In this document: positions 62,899-64,000 of the stretch, piece by piece
How the letters are laid out: every line of letters starts with the position of its first letter
How positions within the stretch are numbered: the stretch's first letter is position 1
Assembly (NCBI GenBank): GCA_963666365.2
Contig: CAXXNF010000002.1
Location: 256,001-320,000, forward strand
Direction: 5' to 3'
Origin: Syntrophales bacterium
GTDB taxonomy: Bacteria; Desulfobacterota; Syntrophia; Syntrophales; UBA2210
DNA: 64,000 nt
Translations under genes and position numbers: made by a program
The notes under the pieces: generated by a model
Seen by the model: only the letters and a program-made list of their open reading frames with translations
What the model was told of the DNA's origin: nothing
Databases searched by the model: none

Positions 62899-62988
62899 AT
62901 TATCATAGGCATTGCCGCCGCGTCTATTTGGGCATGACCCATGTCTTGGCAAAAAGTCATGCCAACATGGAGGCTGCGCCGGGTTGCG

Positions 62989-64000
62989 TCAAAACTCGCG
63001 ATGCTTCAACTTCCGGTATCCCAGGACAAGAGGGAGGATACCCACTGCCCCGGTAGCGGCGACGGTCGTGATCCAGGCGAGTGCGATCAGGACATGGAAT
63101 GTTCCTGCCGAGATGGAACGGCGTATTTCGTAACTGAAGGTGGGGGCGGCGAAGATAATGATAATGATAAAGATGTAGACGAGGGCAACCACAAAATTGA
63201 GTGTTCCCCCGAATCCCGAGACGATGCGTGACGGATTGTCTTCCCTGAAGTTCGGATAGATCGATCCCAGACCGATGGAAAGTCCCACCAGGCCGATGCT
63301 GACCAGCCCGGCGAGCACACAGGATGTATAAAAAAGCATCGGCGACGTGTCGAGCATCACGTTGGTCGATATCATGAGGAATTCGGATACGCAGAGGACC
63401 ACGGCGAGGTTGATGATAAATTTTTGAAATATCAGTCCGCGAAAGGTAATGGGCGCGAGCCCCAGTATCCAGATCTTGGTTCCTTCAAGGCTGATCAGAG
63501 GATAGAGAAACCGGACGGTAAACCCGGCAAGCACAAGGGCCGTCGCTGAGAGATTGAGAAACGTCACGATCAGCGTCCAGTAGGGATTTCCCTGTGACAT
63601 GGGGATGCTTCGCAGGTTGAAGATATAGACGCCCAGAATTGCGACATATATCATAAACTGCGACCACTGGGCAAAGTCACGGACAAAGACCTTAATGTCC
63701 TTTATGACAAGCGCTGCTGTCGGCCGGGGAAGAATTGCAAAGACACGCAGCAGTCTATTCAAAACGCCACGATCGGGGGGATAATTGTGTGTGCCGGTTC
63801 CGCTTTTTGATGACAGCCACCCCTGGTAGTAGACGTTTTCTGCCATGAACCAGTTTATTTGAAGCGCGACCAGCGTTGTGGCGATAAAGCTGCCGTAGTA
63901 AAAGAATGCCTGCGAAGGATCTCCGGCGCCGGCGCCTATCACGGATTTTGCCATCCAATATCCGGGGAAGAGGGGGTGCTTCAACAGGCGTAAGTGCGAC
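62989..64000 (-). CDS. Putative ABC transporter permease (5' part outside the window)
   Basis: Multi-TM ORF open at the window edge; 'KDIKVFVRD..QWSQ', 'RFLYPLISLEG', 'PNFREDNP..SGFGG'. Confidence 0.8.
   Translation of the reverse strand, partial: SHLRLLKHPLFPGYWMAKSVIGAGAGDPSQAFFYYGSFIATTLVALQINWFMAENVYYQGWLSSKSGTGTHNYPPDRGVLNRLLRVFAILPRPTAALVIKDIKVFVRDFAQWSQFMIYVAILGVYIFNLRSIPMSQGNPYWTLIVTFLNLSATALVLAGFTVRFLYPLISLEGTKIWILGLAPITFRGLIFQKFIINLAVVLCVSEFLMISTNVMLDTSPMLFYTSCVLAGLVSIGLVGLSIGLGSIYPNFREDNPSRIVSGFGGTLNFVVALVYIFIIIIIFAAPTFSYEIRRSISAGTFHVLIALAWITTVAATGAVGILPLVLGYRKLKHREF

Overview
Chromosomal segment from an anaerobic, probably syntrophic deltaproteobacterium (Desulfobacterota/Syntrophales-like; inferred from gene content and order, not from a database search). 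It has three blocks. (i) About 0.2-29.6 kb is an accessory acyl-CoA/carboxylate catabolic region: MFS transporters, TetR, enoyl-CoA hydratase, SDR, an orphan ADP-forming acyl-CoA synthetase alpha subunit, and an acyl-CoA ligase plus FAD/Fe-S (GlcD/GlcF-like) operon. It also holds a PAS-LuxR regulator and a tandemly triplicated, partly decayed 'LivK-type binding protein + CoA-activating enzyme' cassette that encloses a family III CoA-transferase and a divergent 4-hydroxybutyryl-CoA dehydratase-like protein. Three gene remnants lie here: an aspartate 4-decarboxylase fragment, a binding-protein tail and a PAS fragment. (ii) About 29.8-53.1 kb is core housekeeping: trpS, scpAB, rluB, ihfB, PAS-HD-GYP, miaB, xerC, hslVU, argBDFGH, lysA, dapAB, folK, transaldolase, pgsA, tRNA-Gly and tRNA-Cys, with one ~134-bp palindromic MITE-like insertion. 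(iii) About 53.4-64 kb is a CoA-metabolism block: a Cys-less HMG-CoA-synthase-like/DUF35 fusion, an SCP2-type thiolase, an acyl-CoA dehydrogenase, a fused ADP-forming acetate-CoA ligase, a stand-alone Pta N-terminal (DRTGG) protein, a CoA-transferase/GNAT fusion and a partial ABC permease. No CRISPR array, rRNA, prophage or intact transposase was seen.
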